Below, piece after piece: positions 15,208 through 26,662 of a stretch of DNA of 64,000 nt; position 1 is the first letter of the stretch; each line of letters opens with the position of its first letter. Location of the stretch: positions 4,615 to 68,614 of the IMG/VR virus record IMGVR_UViG_3300008050_000001; one strand, 5' to 3'. This stretch comes from a virus. The notes beneath the pieces are model-generated. The model worked only from the letters and a program-made list of their open reading frames with translations, was not told where the DNA came from and searched no databases. The translations under genes were made by a program, and so were the position numbers.

Positions 15208-18200
15208 ATGGCTTCACGAACAGGCTCGGCAAGAGTATTCTTCGAGGTAGTGGGTTCTTTTCAGGCTCAAAGGCTACTCAAAGATGTTGAATCCACTTCA
15301 ACGGTCATGCAAGCAATCTTACTCGATGCCGCAGGGGGTGTTGTAGAAGCAGTCCAGTTCGCAGTAGAAGGAGTTAGCGACTTAATCCAAGAACAAATTG
15401 ATTCTTTCTATGCTTTTGAAGAGCAAATGATTCAAGTTAGAAAGTTCTATCAAGGTGGAGCAGAAGATGTGCAGTTCTTTGCCGATGAATCAAAAAGACT
15501 TGGAGAAACCTTTGCTTTTAGCGGTGCAGAAGCACTCAGAGCCGCCGCTAATATGGCTCAAATGAAGTCTGTTTTGGGTAGTAAAGAAGCAGTTATTACA
15601 GGAACAGAAATGGGTCTTCTCTTTGCTGAAATAGGAAACATGGAAACCCAAGAAGGAATGAAGAAACTAACAAGCCTAATGCAACAAACACAATTCCACA
15701 TGGGCGGGATGACTAAGGCACAGTATGACCTATTAGATGCCGAAGAACAAGCAAACATTATTCGTGGGAACACAATAAGGGTTCTTGACCAACTAAACAC
15801 TATTGAGAACTCAAGCGTTGCTACAATGCAAGACATGACTTTCGTTCTCAACCAATTCGCATCTCAGGCTAATCTTGCTGGAGAAACAATGGGAAGTATG
15901 GCCGCATTAGCCGCTATGCTACTTGAGGCTGGAGAAGAAACAAGCAGAGCGGGAACTGGTCTGCGTATGATATTCTCCCGATTAGCAGTAGACGGTGGAG
16001 ATGCCTCAATAGCGTTAGCCGAGGTTATACCGCATTTAGAAGCACAAGAAATAGCAATGATGAGCCTAACTGATATTATCACAGAACTTACTCCTTACTA
16101 CAAAGACTTATCAGACCTTGAAAAGATTAGATTAACACAAGCAGTAGCCGGAAACAGACACTATGTTAAATTACAAAAGTTGTTGGAAAACCAAGAACGG
16201 TTGCTAACTCTAAATGAAATGGCCTATTCGGGAGCCTATACTGCGGCAGACGAGTTCGCTAACAGGCAAGCATCAGATGTTTTCAAAATTGATAAGGCAA
16301 ATGCCGCTATTGAGAACCTAAGAGTAGAAGTGGGAGAGAATCTTGTTGATGCTTACATTAGGGCAATGGGGCCGCAATACTATTTCCTACAGGGTCTTGA
16401 GAAGATAACCGATGAACAAACTAAGTTCATGGGTATTGGCGTTGGGAAAAGAATGAACACCTTTATTGGTAATTTGATGTTTCTTGCTGAAACAATGCAA
16501 CAAATGGAAGTTCCAATTAACTTCCTTATGGGAATAGGAAATATCTTTGTATCTATGAAAACACTCCAAGTTATCCTCAAACAAACTAACCAAATGGAAA
16601 ATATGCACACAGAAGCCTTCCAAAGAAGGTTGTTTATGAGAGAACAAGATGCCGCTCTAAGAAAGAAGTTCGCTCACGAAGAGATTTTAGCAATCAAAGA
16701 TATTCAAGCCGCAGAGTTCGGTAGGATGAACCAAACCATCCAACGAATTAACATACAGAAAGCAAATGCGGCCAGTTCTAAAGCAAGCCATGAAAGGGCT
16801 ATCCTTAGGATTCACGAAGAAGTCGTAGCAATGGGCCAAATAGACAATTACAAGAAACAACTTAGAAGCAATGAGTTGATGAAGGATAAAGAGTATAGAT
16901 TAGAGAAAATAGCCGAACATAATGAAATGTTGATTATGAAAGATGGGGAAGCACAAGCACTAATGCGGATTCGCACAATCCAAGAACAAGTAATGAAGGG
17001 GCAACTTGACTACTATACTCTTGGGGCTGGTTTTAGAGCAAATCAACAAAAGGAGCAAAGGCAGTTCCTAGGCCACATTCAAAGAGAAGCAGATTACTTA
17101 GCAAACCATGTTGTTTTGTTTACTGAGTTAAGTGACGAAGAATTAAACCACTTAGCAATAAGACAACAAGGAAACAACGAGAGGATGCTAACTGAGCAAC
17201 TGTTGTTAGGAGAGGCAAGAAGGAGAATAGAACTTGATGATTTATCCGAAGAAGAAATGATGAATACTCAGACCGAAATAACCATGAGAAAAGCAAACAT
17301 TCAAGCCTTAGGAGAAGAAAGAGTAGGTATTGAAGGTCTAATAAATGCTAATGACCAATTAGGACAGAGAAACCGAGCAACTGCACTAACCCTAAATACT
17401 TTGGAACACCACATGGAATCATTAGGTGATGAAGCAAACCTTCTAACTGCGGGATTCCTATATTTTGCTGAAACTCAAGAGTATGTTCAAAACCAAATGT
17501 TCGGAACCGCCGAAGCCGCGAAAACTTCGGTAAATAGTATGATGACTTCTATGAACGGTTTACTTGGTATGACTGCTATGTTCACACATAATCAAGATTT
17601 AATGAACGCTTCTCTAATAGGTGGAACAATTGTTAATGCGGGTGCGAGCGCATCTATGTGGGCTGTGGGTAAATCCGCCGAAGGTATGGCCGCAAGAGCA
17701 ATTTTAGCAAGAGGGGCTATGATTGCTTTAGGCGGTGGAATAGCCGCAATAGTGGCGTTGGGTATTGGTTCGTTGCTTTGGAAAAAGTTTAAGCCTGATA
17801 ATGACTTTGTGAATGATTTAGAGGCGGTAAATGATGTGACGAAAAACCTAAATCAATTCCATACTACACTTACAGACCTATCAAAGAAAGGTGATGTTCG
17901 GATAGACGAGGCTCTTTTGGGTGGAATTACTTTCAATGACTTAAGAAAAGATGCAGAACTAACTGCTTCGTCGCTTGCTGGATTACAAGGCCAGTATGAT
18001 TATTACAAGGAGTTATCAGAAGATGTTAATAAATACACCGAAGCAGAACTAATTGCTTTGGAAACAAAGGCTGGATATTACTACAGATTAACACAAGAGG
18101 TTAGCGCACTAAACGATGCTCATGTTTCTTTAGCAACGACAGAAACGAGATTAGCAAGTCAAGCGTTTTTGTATACAGGTAAAAAGCATAGTGGAGCAAG

Positions 18201-18786
18201 GACCGCAGAGCAATTATATGACGAAAGGTTTTGGAGTGATGAGTTCAAACAATTTGAATCCGTTGACCAAGAAACCAAAATCCAAGCCATATTGGATGGT
18301 ATGTATGATGAATACCCTGAATACCTAGAACGGTGGTTCAACGCAGACTATTGGAGTATTCCGGGTTATGACTTTTTCTTTGCTACAGAAGAAGAAATGT
18401 TAGCAAAATTAGTAGAATTAAATGGTCACTCCTTCGACCAAGTAAAGGCAGATGCCGAAGCCGCCGGACAAGCGGTGCATGACTATTATTCTGATTTATT
18501 GATTTCTGTTGGGGATAGTGTAGGTATGTTTGGTGACGCAACAGGAACTGCTTTAGAGGCCCTTAATGAGTTTGATAACAAAAGAGAAGAGTTATTTTTC
18601 GGCAACCAAGCACAATTCCAAGGGGCCATTTACAGACAAATTACTCAAGGTGGCGTAGAGAGTTTGCTACATCGTGTCGAGATTATGCAAACCAATGTGT
18701 TTAACGGAGTGACCTTAGATGAAGCAATAGAGAGAGTGTCCGAGGGGGTAATAACAAGCCTACGAGGACAAGGTGTGCCTGTGTGA
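15208..18786 (+). CDS. Tail tape measure protein (TP901-like core)
   Basis: AGTGLRMIFSRL motif, long helical body and hydrophobic segments. Confidence 0.9.
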   Translation: MASRTGSARVFFEVVGSFQAQRLLKDVESTSTVMQAILLDAAGGVVEAVQFAVEGVSDLIQEQIDSFYAFEEQMIQVRKFYQGGAEDVQFFADESKRLGETFAFSGAEALRAAANMAQMKSVLGSKEAVITGTEMGLLFAEIGNMETQEGMKKLTSLMQQTQFHMGGMTKAQYDLLDAEEQANIIRGNTIRVLDQLNTIENSSVATMQDMTFVLNQFASQANLAGETMGSMAALAAMLLEAGEETSRAGTGLRMIFSRLAVDGGDASIALAEVIPHLEAQEIAMMSLTDIITELTPYYKDLSDLEKIRLTQAVAGNRHYVKLQKLLENQERLLTLNEMAYSGAYTAADEFANRQASDVFKIDKANAAIENLRVEVGENLVDAYIRAMGPQYYFLQGLEKITDEQTKFMGIGVGKRMNTFIGNLMFLAETMQQMEVPINFLMGIGNIFVSMKTLQVILKQTNQMENMHTEAFQRRLFMREQDAALRKKFAHEEILAIKDIQAAEFGRMNQTIQRINIQKANAASSKASHERAILRIHEEVVAMGQIDNYKKQLRSNELMKDKEYRLEKIAEHNEMLIMKDGEAQALMRIRTIQEQVMKGQLDYYTLGAGFRANQQKEQRQFLGHIQREADYLANHVVLFTELSDEELNHLAIRQQGNNERMLTEQLLLGEARRRIELDDLSEEEMMNTQTEITMRKANIQALGEERVGIEGLINANDQLGQRNRATALTLNTLEHHMESLGDEANLLTAGFLYFAETQEYVQNQMFGTAEAAKTSVNSMMTSMNGLLGMTAMFTHNQDLMNASLIGGTIVNAGASASMWAVGKSAEGMAARAILARGAMIALGGGIAAIVALGIGSLLWKKFKPDNDFVNDLEAVNDVTKNLNQFHTTLTDLSKKGDVRIDEALLGGITFNDLRKDAELTASSLAGLQGQYDYYKELSEDVNKYTEAELIALETKAGYYYRLTQEVSALNDAHVSLATTETRLASQAFLYTGKKHSGARTAEQLYDERFWSDEFKQFESVDQETKIQAILDGMYDEYPEYLERWFNADYWSIPGYDFFFATEEEMLAKLVELNGHSFDQVKADAEAAGQAVHDYYSDLLISVGDSVGMFGDATGTALEALNEFDNKREELFFGNQAQFQGAIYRQITQGGVESLLHRVEIMQTNVFNGVTLDEAIERVSEGVITSLRGQGVPV

Positions 18787-21700
18787 TAAACATGAGAACT
18801 ACAGATGATGATTTTAGCGTATGGTTGGTAGGATACTATGACGACTTCCAGTCATGTAGGTCTATAGCAGATGACCTTAACGACGCAAGTAAGACGACCC
18901 CTGACCACACACTAACGCATCATGGAAATCCCATGAACGGCCATGCCTTACTCAACCCTACCTTTCGTTATTCCTATCCTGATAGAGCGCAAAGTGCTTC
19001 TTATCTTTCTGCTGATGATTCTTTTTCTTCCGCTCAGTTATTTGCTACAGTTGCTAAAAAGGCAGATAGCAACGACGGACACCACGAATGGCTAACTCTT
19101 GATTTAAGCAAGAGTAAAGCAAAGAGATGGGAAGGTAGAGCGCAACTACAATATCCTGACTCAAGAAGAGGAACAAGACAAAGGTTCAATGGTGCGGCCG
19201 GTGATTCCTATGAAGCATTTGTGAATGGTAATGATACTTTGGGAACATATTACGCCCCACTCAAAGCAATGGATTCTACGGCAGGTAGGTCGAGAGTGTA
19301 TGAATCAGGGGCTAAAGACAATGACGGGGATATGTTCGAGGGAGCGGGAGCGCACCTAAGAGTAGAAACAGAAGGACATTTTGCATCCCATTCTGTGTCT
19401 TTAGCAGGGGTTCTAATGGGTGAAAGAATGAATACTGCCTATGCAAGCAGGGCTAGTGCTACAAAGCATCTATTCCCCCTTAAATCCCCCTCAGGTAAGC
19501 CATTCTTAGTATCTAAGTTGTATGGAACAGGAACAGGTAAACATAGAATCCTAAATTATGATGGTCCTATGAGATACCAAGGTTTAGGAGATACATTCAC
19601 CATTCGTATAGCATCACACGCAATGGGGGGGTGGACTGATGCTCGATATACTCTTAATTTGGGATACAAAAAAGCAGATGGGTTTAACAAAAGCACTCAA
19701 GTGTTTGGTAGCAATCCGTTGCTATCTCTTGATATATCAACCAGCCACCTAAATTACAATAGCGGAAATTATTTGGAAATAGACAACTATACTGCGGCGG
19801 ATAACGATAGCCAATGGACTGATATAGATGTTGTTTTGGATTTTTCCGCTAATACCTACAAAGCATACGCTGACGGCTCTTTGATTAGTAGTGGTTCATT
19901 TACTAACAATTGGTCTGCATCCGACATATATGGTTGGTCCTTAGATGTAAATTGTGCTGGAACTATGCCTCAAAATGTAGGAATGATTACCTGTATTGAT
20001 AGGGCTTCTCTTTACATTAGTTTAGGTGATGCAGTAGAAGATACGGATTACACTCCTTTACATCAAGTTCAGATTAACAATACAAGTGATGCTCTTTCAA
20101 CGGCATTGGTCACTATTTTAGATGACGATAATAGATTTTCCGTTGCTCCGTTGCTATCTTCTACTGGGTTTGAAGAATGGGGCGTGGTAATTTTCAAAGG
20201 AAATCTAAATAGGCCCGTATGGTGGGGAACATTAACAGGTATAACACACACACAAGGAAGCAGAAGAAATACATTAGATACCCAGTTTCTAGCAGAAGAA
20301 AGGTATGGCTTGCTTGATAGACAACTTCCTATTTGGGAAATGGGGCAGTCTACATATTTATCACAAGAAGGCCACTTAGCACTTAACACTAAGATAGAGA
20401 AGAGGTATAACCAAGTCAAGAATATGGGAGATATTTTGAATACTGGTGCATCAAGCCTTAAGTTCCTGAACTCTACTATTGGGTTTGTTAATTCTGACTT
20501 TGCAGAAATAGAAAAACAAAGAACTTCTCTTAATTCCTCGCATCCTATTCAAATGTATATCAACGAAGATGTAAGCGGGCCAAATAGTGCAGAGAGAGAA
20601 TGGGATGGTTTCGATTCACCGAAATATATGCTAACCGATGTAAGATATATCCAAAACCCTACTGGGAACTACCAACATTACATTGTAGATTCAAGCGCAT
20701 ATTTGGTTGGTAGTAGTGGGGTATCTGCTTCCGACCAAGTTATGGTCACACACACTAACACAACCGGAACTACTAATGTTTTCACCATAGATTCAATAAT
20801 TAGCAAGAGCAGAAGTAGCGATGCCCCTGATGAAACTCCTACTTCTTACAAAGCAATTAAGGTTTCAGACAGTAGTAGAAGAAACCTAACCCCTAATGCG
20901 TTATGCACACAATATACATGGATTAGTAGCGATAAAGTCAATACTACCAAGAAGATGTTGCGTTTTACTACTGCTTCTGCACACAATCTTTCTTTGGGTG
21001 ATGAGATTTTATTTGGTTCTGTAATAGATTCTTCAAGTAATAACGAAATAGTAAGCGGTAGTTTCTTATTTGATGGTGGGAGATATAGAGTGTTAGGGGT
21101 TCCTACAACAACCACCTTCGATATAGAAGTCACTAATATGAATATAACGGAAGTAGCCAGCACAACCAATTTTGGGAATGCTAACTACCGCTTGCCTATC
21201 TTAGATGAAGACCATAACGATTATGGGGTCACAGATAACAACTTACATATCATAGGTAAACAACAAACAGATTACTACACATCAAAGGCTGATAGAGCAA
21301 GTAGAAATGTTCATACTCGCTGGATGAGAGATATTTCTGAATCGTTATGGTTCAAATCTAAGTTCGGGATTATCTCTAAGGATTGCTACCATAGCGCAGG
21401 TAAATCTACCATTACGAATAATCCAGTTTCCCCTAATGAAGAATCGAATTATTCGCCTGATACTTCTACTATGGTTGGTATTTCTACTTTCACTACAGAT
21501 AGCACCACTCTTACTTGTGATGACCCCGCTATTTGGTATTGGAATGTAGTAAAGGGCAAAGCGGGGATTTTAGATGTAATTAACCCCGATACTTTAGAAC
21601 GAGATACTGTTCTCTTCAATGGAACTACTGCGCCTAGTAATGCCGCGCTTACATACATTCAATTTAATGGCGGTTCTTTCGTTAGTATTGGGAATAAGAA

Positions 21701-24700
21701 TTGGCGTAATGGGTTTCAAGTTAGCAACGAACTTATCAAACTGTGGGATATTGTAGTTCATACTGGTTTTGATGACTGGAGATTGAATGGTGTATTCCAA
21801 GTAAGCGGTATTTACTCGCAGGGTAGTGGGGTCACTAAGTATGCCGCAGTTAGAATAGAAGGCTTTGATAGCAAATCAAAGGATATTAACGACTCTACAT
21901 CTCCTTGGTTTAGCGACCCTGATAAATTATGGCCTATTTTGGGTAAGAAAACCACTACTACTTTCGACAATTTTACGGTGTATGAGTATACGAATACCAT
22001 AGGTAGCCCTACAACTAATAACACTAACTACAATGTTTCACCTACTGTGGTATCCTATGCTTCAAAGACAGGTCTTGTGCATTATGGTTCTTACACAATA
22101 AACAATGTGAAGGGGCAAAGGAAGGATTGGACTCAGGGAGATTTTCTTTACAGATATAGAAAGTTAGACGAAAGCAACGGCTACAAACACCTTTGGTTGC
22201 TATGGAGGGATATGAGAAATGATGGTAATGCTGATGCTAACGGAGGATACAATGTAAGTGATTTTGGTTTAATGCTTCCTACTATTGAAAATTACAATTT
22301 GAATATCGCTTTTGCTGAACAGTTTGACGAAGATGGAGATAACACCGCCTTTATTACTTTGAAAATAGGAGAGGAACTTGATATATGGAACATAGATGCT
22401 GATGTAGAACCATATAGTGGGGGCGATTGGTCTGATTTAGCAAATGCTTCTGATACATACAAGATAGCAGACCTAACTGGAACTGGTAGCAACCCATATT
22501 CTGATTGGAAGAATAAAGGTGGTTCTTTCTTAATTATTGATGCAAGCAAGTTCTTCAATTTGAATACCGAAGCAAGCAACGGGAGGCCGGGGTATGATGT
22601 TGGAGGCATAGCACATTTTAGTGATTACGATATTCCTATTGCTGGAACCCCATACTTATTGGATAACTATTGGAAATATGCCGTTGCTAATTACCAAATT
22701 AGCGGAACTAATTTAGCCGGAACTACTACTACTAACATAGCAAACCACCCAAACCAATTTAACTTCCTAAATGATGCTACTGCGTTAGCAGAAGATGGTA
22801 TTAGTGGTAATCAAACAACATTAGCCCTCGAAGATGCTACTCATTTCAATTTAGGTTCAGGTGTTGACGGGTATGGTGTAATTTTAGCAACGAAGAAGAA
22901 TGAACAATATCTATATGCTCTTAGATGGAATGGAGTAAGTGGAAATACACTAACTAATGTATATGTTCAGGGATATGGTGATGCAAACACAGACCCTGTA
23001 AGCATACGAGCATTCTTAGATGAAGATTCAGGACTTTGGTCTGACGGTAGCCAAATACAAATCCTGTTCAATGATGAAGATAGCACCGTAGACGGTTATG
23101 ATTCAATAGTTGTTTACAATACACCAGCCGCACTATATGGTCTAAGGTTGCTAATGAACTTGGAAGGTTTTGTAGAAGATAAAAACATAGGAACATATTT
23201 TGAAAGTGATAAACTCAGGCTCTTACAAACCATTGCTACACTAGACAGTTGGACTCGAAACTCTCATCTTAATGGTTTAGCAGATATTAACAATGTGCCT
23301 ATCACAAAAGATATGACCACAACCCAAGTTGCTCATAGTGGAACTGATTATGAAGATTATGGAAGCGTTAGCGACTTAAGAGCAACCACCTTTGCGGGGG
23401 GAGTTGATATTGCGAGAAGAAATAGTGGCTCAGGTTCAGGCGGCACAACTAAGACCTTTACAAGAGTAGTAGGAAGGGATGGTAGATATGACTACAGACC
23501 AGCCTACAATACTGGTATTACCCTAACAAGAAACAATATGAAAAACGCTAACCTAACTATAGAATCAACTGGTATTATCACAAATGTTAGGGCTTATTAC
23601 GATGGTAATAAATCATTTGTAGATTACCCTACACCAACAACAGGTTTAGAGGCAAGATGGAAAATAATAGATTTATCAAGAGTGCGAAGCAAAACAGAAG
23701 CATTAGCATTAGCGAAGAAAGAATATGATATGAACCAAACAAGCGCATTCACGGTTAATGTGGACCTAATAGGTAGTGGAACAGAAACAGATGCTTTGTT
23801 TTCAGGAGGCAAACATGGGTATATTGCTGACCCCGCAGTCGTCACATTAGATTTGACCGGATATAAACAGTATGCTTGTTCTTGGACTTCTCTATTCGGT
23901 GGTATCCCATATCCGGGAATGTGTAATGCCTTAGATGGTAGATTTAGTCGTGCAGATGCTGGAACTGCGGTGGTAAGTGCTGTATTTAATGATAGAACCA
24001 CACCTTTCGCAATCAATTTAACTCCATTAGGAACTAACCAAACAGTAGGGAATAATGGTAAGTTGAAATGGAGAACTTCTACAAACACTATAGATTGGTT
24101 TAAGGACTCTCTCGATGTTTCTGCTACGGCAAGCCACGCATTAGGCGACCCTGCTTTGTCTGTTAATCAAAACAAAGTAATTACCTTAACAGGAAGCGGT
24201 CACTCAATAACACTTTATGTGACCAGTTTACATGGTATTTCAGATACCCAAGAAAACATAGAATACATTAGGACATATAATGCTGATGAATCCTACTATA
24301 ATTACGGGTCAAGAAGTTTATCTCATGCTATGCAAATAGTTCATATCCCAAAAGATGTTCCAAGCGTAAGTGCTAATTGGGGGTCAGAACTAAGGATGGG
24401 AATTAGTGTAGCAAGTGGAACAAGTGCCGATGATGCGGTCTTTACTGTTCGCGCAATAGATTATTCCTTTGCTAATACTGGTTCCCCTTCTCAGTTTACC
24501 CCTACATACAAATCAGATAGTTCAGTAAGTGTTTTCGGTAGTGGTTTTTATGAATTAGCATTCCCGTCTACCTATGGCGCACCAGCAGGTTCTAAAATGA
24601 TTATTTCGGTAAATGCAGAATACCTAAGAGCAATTTTACGAAACAGATGTGGCGACCAAATCAAAAATGCTAATAACATTCCGGGCCTTTCAACATTCAC

Positions 24701-25772
24701 CGGAAACGACGCAAGGTCATTATACCCACTAGGTTTTAGAGAATACCAAAACGAAGGTGGTATATCAGATGTTGATGATAGGCTAATATGGTATGCTCCG
24801 AGATTACATATTGTTGATGATATGAACTATTACCCATCTACAAATCTAACAATAACAGACGCTAATTTGGACTTAGCATCTCAAAGTATGGTAATAAACT
24901 CGATAGCATATAGTAGAAGCCACCAAACAGAACCCACTCTAAAATTATCATTAGAAAGAAATGAATCTCGCTTCAAGAAAACATTAGCATCCCTATTCAA
25001 AGATGGTAAGCCTAAAACCGGAGTTCAGGATGGCGAAGGACAACAAATGTTCCAACCTTCACAACCCCAAGGACAAGGCCCAACCTCTCCTAACAAAGAA
25101 GGAGGAAGGAGAGATGGAGGCCAAAGTATCAACACCTTTAGTTCGACTACTATGGCTAGGCTTACTGGTAAAACAGAGTTCACAGGGGATAACACAAGTA
25201 GCGAAGCCGAGTGGGGTATACTTGGTCAAAAGAAGATAGGTAAATCCTCTTCTGCTAATAGCACTATAGACGGATTCGATTCCATAGTAAGTGGTAGTGG
25301 TAGCGTTAATTGTAGTGATGGGTTCGTATTGCCGGGAGTTTACATTACTTCTGATGGAGCAGACAGAACAGGGCTAAAACACGAACAAACATTTTCTGTT
25401 AGAATACCAAGTGATGCCTTAGATTCCTATGTGACTATCAAAGCCAAAGCAACTCTTGATGGAACTAAACAAACAACAGCACAAAACGCAGTTATGACTA
25501 TCAAAGTAGAGTCCAAAGAAAGCAACTATTACTCTACTACTACCAAGACTATTGCTTCCGGCTCTACTGATAGGAAGGAGTATACTCTGTTCTCTGAGAA
25601 CATAAAGGGAGCAATTGCTGGTAGTAATCTCAAAATAACAATCAGTAGAAATCCCGGAAGTGGTAGTGATACTGCTAAATACAGAGCATTGAGAATACAT
25701 AATGTATCTCTTGCTACAAGAAGGGCAACAAACCCCTCTATATCACAGGCTAAGAAGTTCAAGCCCTATTGA
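18783..25772 (+). CDS. Giant tail-tip/baseplate hub protein (2329 aa)
   Basis: Follows the tape measure; lectin-like beta regions; ITNVRAYY...EALALAKKE hub-like segment. Confidence 0.7.
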   Translation: MINMRTTDDDFSVWLVGYYDDFQSCRSIADDLNDASKTTPDHTLTHHGNPMNGHALLNPTFRYSYPDRAQSASYLSADDSFSSAQLFATVAKKADSNDGHHEWLTLDLSKSKAKRWEGRAQLQYPDSRRGTRQRFNGAAGDSYEAFVNGNDTLGTYYAPLKAMDSTAGRSRVYESGAKDNDGDMFEGAGAHLRVETEGHFASHSVSLAGVLMGERMNTAYASRASATKHLFPLKSPSGKPFLVSKLYGTGTGKHRILNYDGPMRYQGLGDTFTIRIASHAMGGWTDARYTLNLGYKKADGFNKSTQVFGSNPLLSLDISTSHLNYNSGNYLEIDNYTAADNDSQWTDIDVVLDFSANTYKAYADGSLISSGSFTNNWSASDIYGWSLDVNCAGTMPQNVGMITCIDRASLYISLGDAVEDTDYTPLHQVQINNTSDALSTALVTILDDDNRFSVAPLLSSTGFEEWGVVIFKGNLNRPVWWGTLTGITHTQGSRRNTLDTQFLAEERYGLLDRQLPIWEMGQSTYLSQEGHLALNTKIEKRYNQVKNMGDILNTGASSLKFLNSTIGFVNSDFAEIEKQRTSLNSSHPIQMYINEDVSGPNSAEREWDGFDSPKYMLTDVRYIQNPTGNYQHYIVDSSAYLVGSSGVSASDQVMVTHTNTTGTTNVFTIDSIISKSRSSDAPDETPTSYKAIKVSDSSRRNLTPNALCTQYTWISSDKVNTTKKMLRFTTASAHNLSLGDEILFGSVIDSSSNNEIVSGSFLFDGGRYRVLGVPTTTTFDIEVTNMNITEVASTTNFGNANYRLPILDEDHNDYGVTDNNLHIIGKQQTDYYTSKADRASRNVHTRWMRDISESLWFKSKFGIISKDCYHSAGKSTITNNPVSPNEESNYSPDTSTMVGISTFTTDSTTLTCDDPAIWYWNVVKGKAGILDVINPDTLERDTVLFNGTTAPSNAALTYIQFNGGSFVSIGNKNWRNGFQVSNELIKLWDIVVHTGFDDWRLNGVFQVSGIYSQGSGVTKYAAVRIEGFDSKSKDINDSTSPWFSDPDKLWPILGKKTTTTFDNFTVYEYTNTIGSPTTNNTNYNVSPTVVSYASKTGLVHYGSYTINNVKGQRKDWTQGDFLYRYRKLDESNGYKHLWLLWRDMRNDGNADANGGYNVSDFGLMLPTIENYNLNIAFAEQFDEDGDNTAFITLKIGEELDIWNIDADVEPYSGGDWSDLANASDTYKIADLTGTGSNPYSDWKNKGGSFLIIDASKFFNLNTEASNGRPGYDVGGIAHFSDYDIPIAGTPYLLDNYWKYAVANYQISGTNLAGTTTTNIANHPNQFNFLNDATALAEDGISGNQTTLALEDATHFNLGSGVDGYGVILATKKNEQYLYALRWNGVSGNTLTNVYVQGYGDANTDPVSIRAFLDEDSGLWSDGSQIQILFNDEDSTVDGYDSIVVYNTPAALYGLRLLMNLEGFVEDKNIGTYFESDKLRLLQTIATLDSWTRNSHLNGLADINNVPITKDMTTTQVAHSGTDYEDYGSVSDLRATTFAGGVDIARRNSGSGSGGTTKTFTRVVGRDGRYDYRPAYNTGITLTRNNMKNANLTIESTGIITNVRAYYDGNKSFVDYPTPTTGLEARWKIIDLSRVRSKTEALALAKKEYDMNQTSAFTVNVDLIGSGTETDALFSGGKHGYIADPAVVTLDLTGYKQYACSWTSLFGGIPYPGMCNALDGRFSRADAGTAVVSAVFNDRTTPFAINLTPLGTNQTVGNNGKLKWRTSTNTIDWFKDSLDVSATASHALGDPALSVNQNKVITLTGSGHSITLYVTSLHGISDTQENIEYIRTYNADESYYNYGSRSLSHAMQIVHIPKDVPSVSANWGSELRMGISVASGTSADDAVFTVRAIDYSFANTGSPSQFTPTYKSDSSVSVFGSGFYELAFPSTYGAPAGSKMIISVNAEYLRAILRNRCGDQIKNANNIPGLSTFTGNDARSLYPLGFREYQNEGGISDVDDRLIWYAPRLHIVDDMNYYPSTNLTITDANLDLASQSMVINSIAYSRSHQTEPTLKLSLERNESRFKKTLASLFKDGKPKTGVQDGEGQQMFQPSQPQGQGPTSPNKEGGRRDGGQSINTFSSTTMARLTGKTEFTGDNTSSEAEWGILGQKKIGKSSSANSTIDGFDSIVSGSGSVNCSDGFVLPGVYITSDGADRTGLKHEQTFSVRIPSDALDSYVTIKAKATLDGTKQTTAQNAVMTIKVESKESNYYSTTTKTIASGSTDRKEYTLFSENIKGAIAGSNLKITISRNPGSGSDTAKYRALRIHNVSLATRRATNPSISQAKKFKPY

Positions 25773-26485
25773 TTAGGCTCATAATCCTCTCTAATTGAGA
25801 GTATTCTCTCAGCAGTAGGGTTGCTAATCCCCCTTACTTTTGTAAGAGCCTTCTTGTTAGTCTTCTTCAACAGCAGATTTCTCAAAGAACCGAACTCCTT
25901 TAGCAACGCATGAGCAGAATCTAATGTGACTCCGGGTATTGTTGCTAACATAACTGCCCTATAATCCTCAGAAAAATCTCCACTTCTTCGTATCCTTTTC
26001 TCGGTTGCTATAGCCTTGCTAATTGTTAATTTGGTATGTGATGTGACTATCCAATCTACATAGTCTTCCATAGTAGCGAACTCTATGTATCTAACTTTGG
26101 GGAAACGAGCATACAGATTCAATTTGAAATTACGAATAACACCCTTCATCTTCATTACTTCTTGAGCAACCGTTTTCTTGGTTGTTCCTCTTGTGAAATA
26201 AGGCTTCAATTGGCTACCATATACTGCTAAAATGGGGTATTCGTATGCGTCGCATAGGTCTGCTAATTGTTGGGTTAGATTTCTATTCCTTCCTATACCC
26301 AAAATAGAGCGGTATAGGTCATTTATTTCCTTTGCTTCTACACCCCAACTACCTATCACATAGTCACCCGTTGCTAATCGTTTTACCTTACCAGCACCCT
26401 TGCTGGTGTTATCAGCATCACCTAATCTACCTAACAACAGATGTATGAGTGCGGGGTTCTCTCTGTCGTCTATGTAGACTACCAC
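25766..26485 (-). CDS. XPF/ERCC4 (Hef-like) structure-specific nuclease with HhH motifs
   Basis: IDDRE, GDYVIG, VEAKEINDL (ERKxxxD-type), IPGVT and VRGIS HhH motifs. Confidence 0.9.
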   Translation of the reverse strand: MVVYIDDRENPALIHLLLGRLGDADNTSKGAGKVKRLATGDYVIGSWGVEAKEINDLYRSILGIGRNRNLTQQLADLCDAYEYPILAVYGSQLKPYFTRGTTKKTVAQEVMKMKGVIRNFKLNLYARFPKVRYIEFATMEDYVDWIVTSHTKLTISKAIATEKRIRRSGDFSEDYRAVMLATIPGVTLDSAHALLKEFGSLRNLLLKKTNKKALTKVRGISNPTAERILSIREDYEPNQ

Positions 26486-26521
26486 ACTACTGCGACTTTA
26501 TTACGCCTTAATCAATAGTTG

Positions 26522-26662
26522 CTAATCTCCGCAACAACCGACTACTTTTGTTTTACAGTTCAGACACGCTTTGGAGCCATGAACTTCCACAAACCCTCTC
26601 ATGCTTCCGCAAAAGGGGCAACTTTGCATTATTCTACATTCTTCTGCTTCTCTAATTACCAC
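26522..26662 (-). CDS. Small CPxCG zinc-finger protein (not in ORF track)
   Basis: Hand translation: ...MQSCPFCGSMRGFVEVHGSKACLNCKTKVVGCCGD*. Confidence 0.65.
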   Translation of the reverse strand: MVIREAEECRIMQSCPFCGSMRGFVEVHGSKACLNCKTKVVGCCGD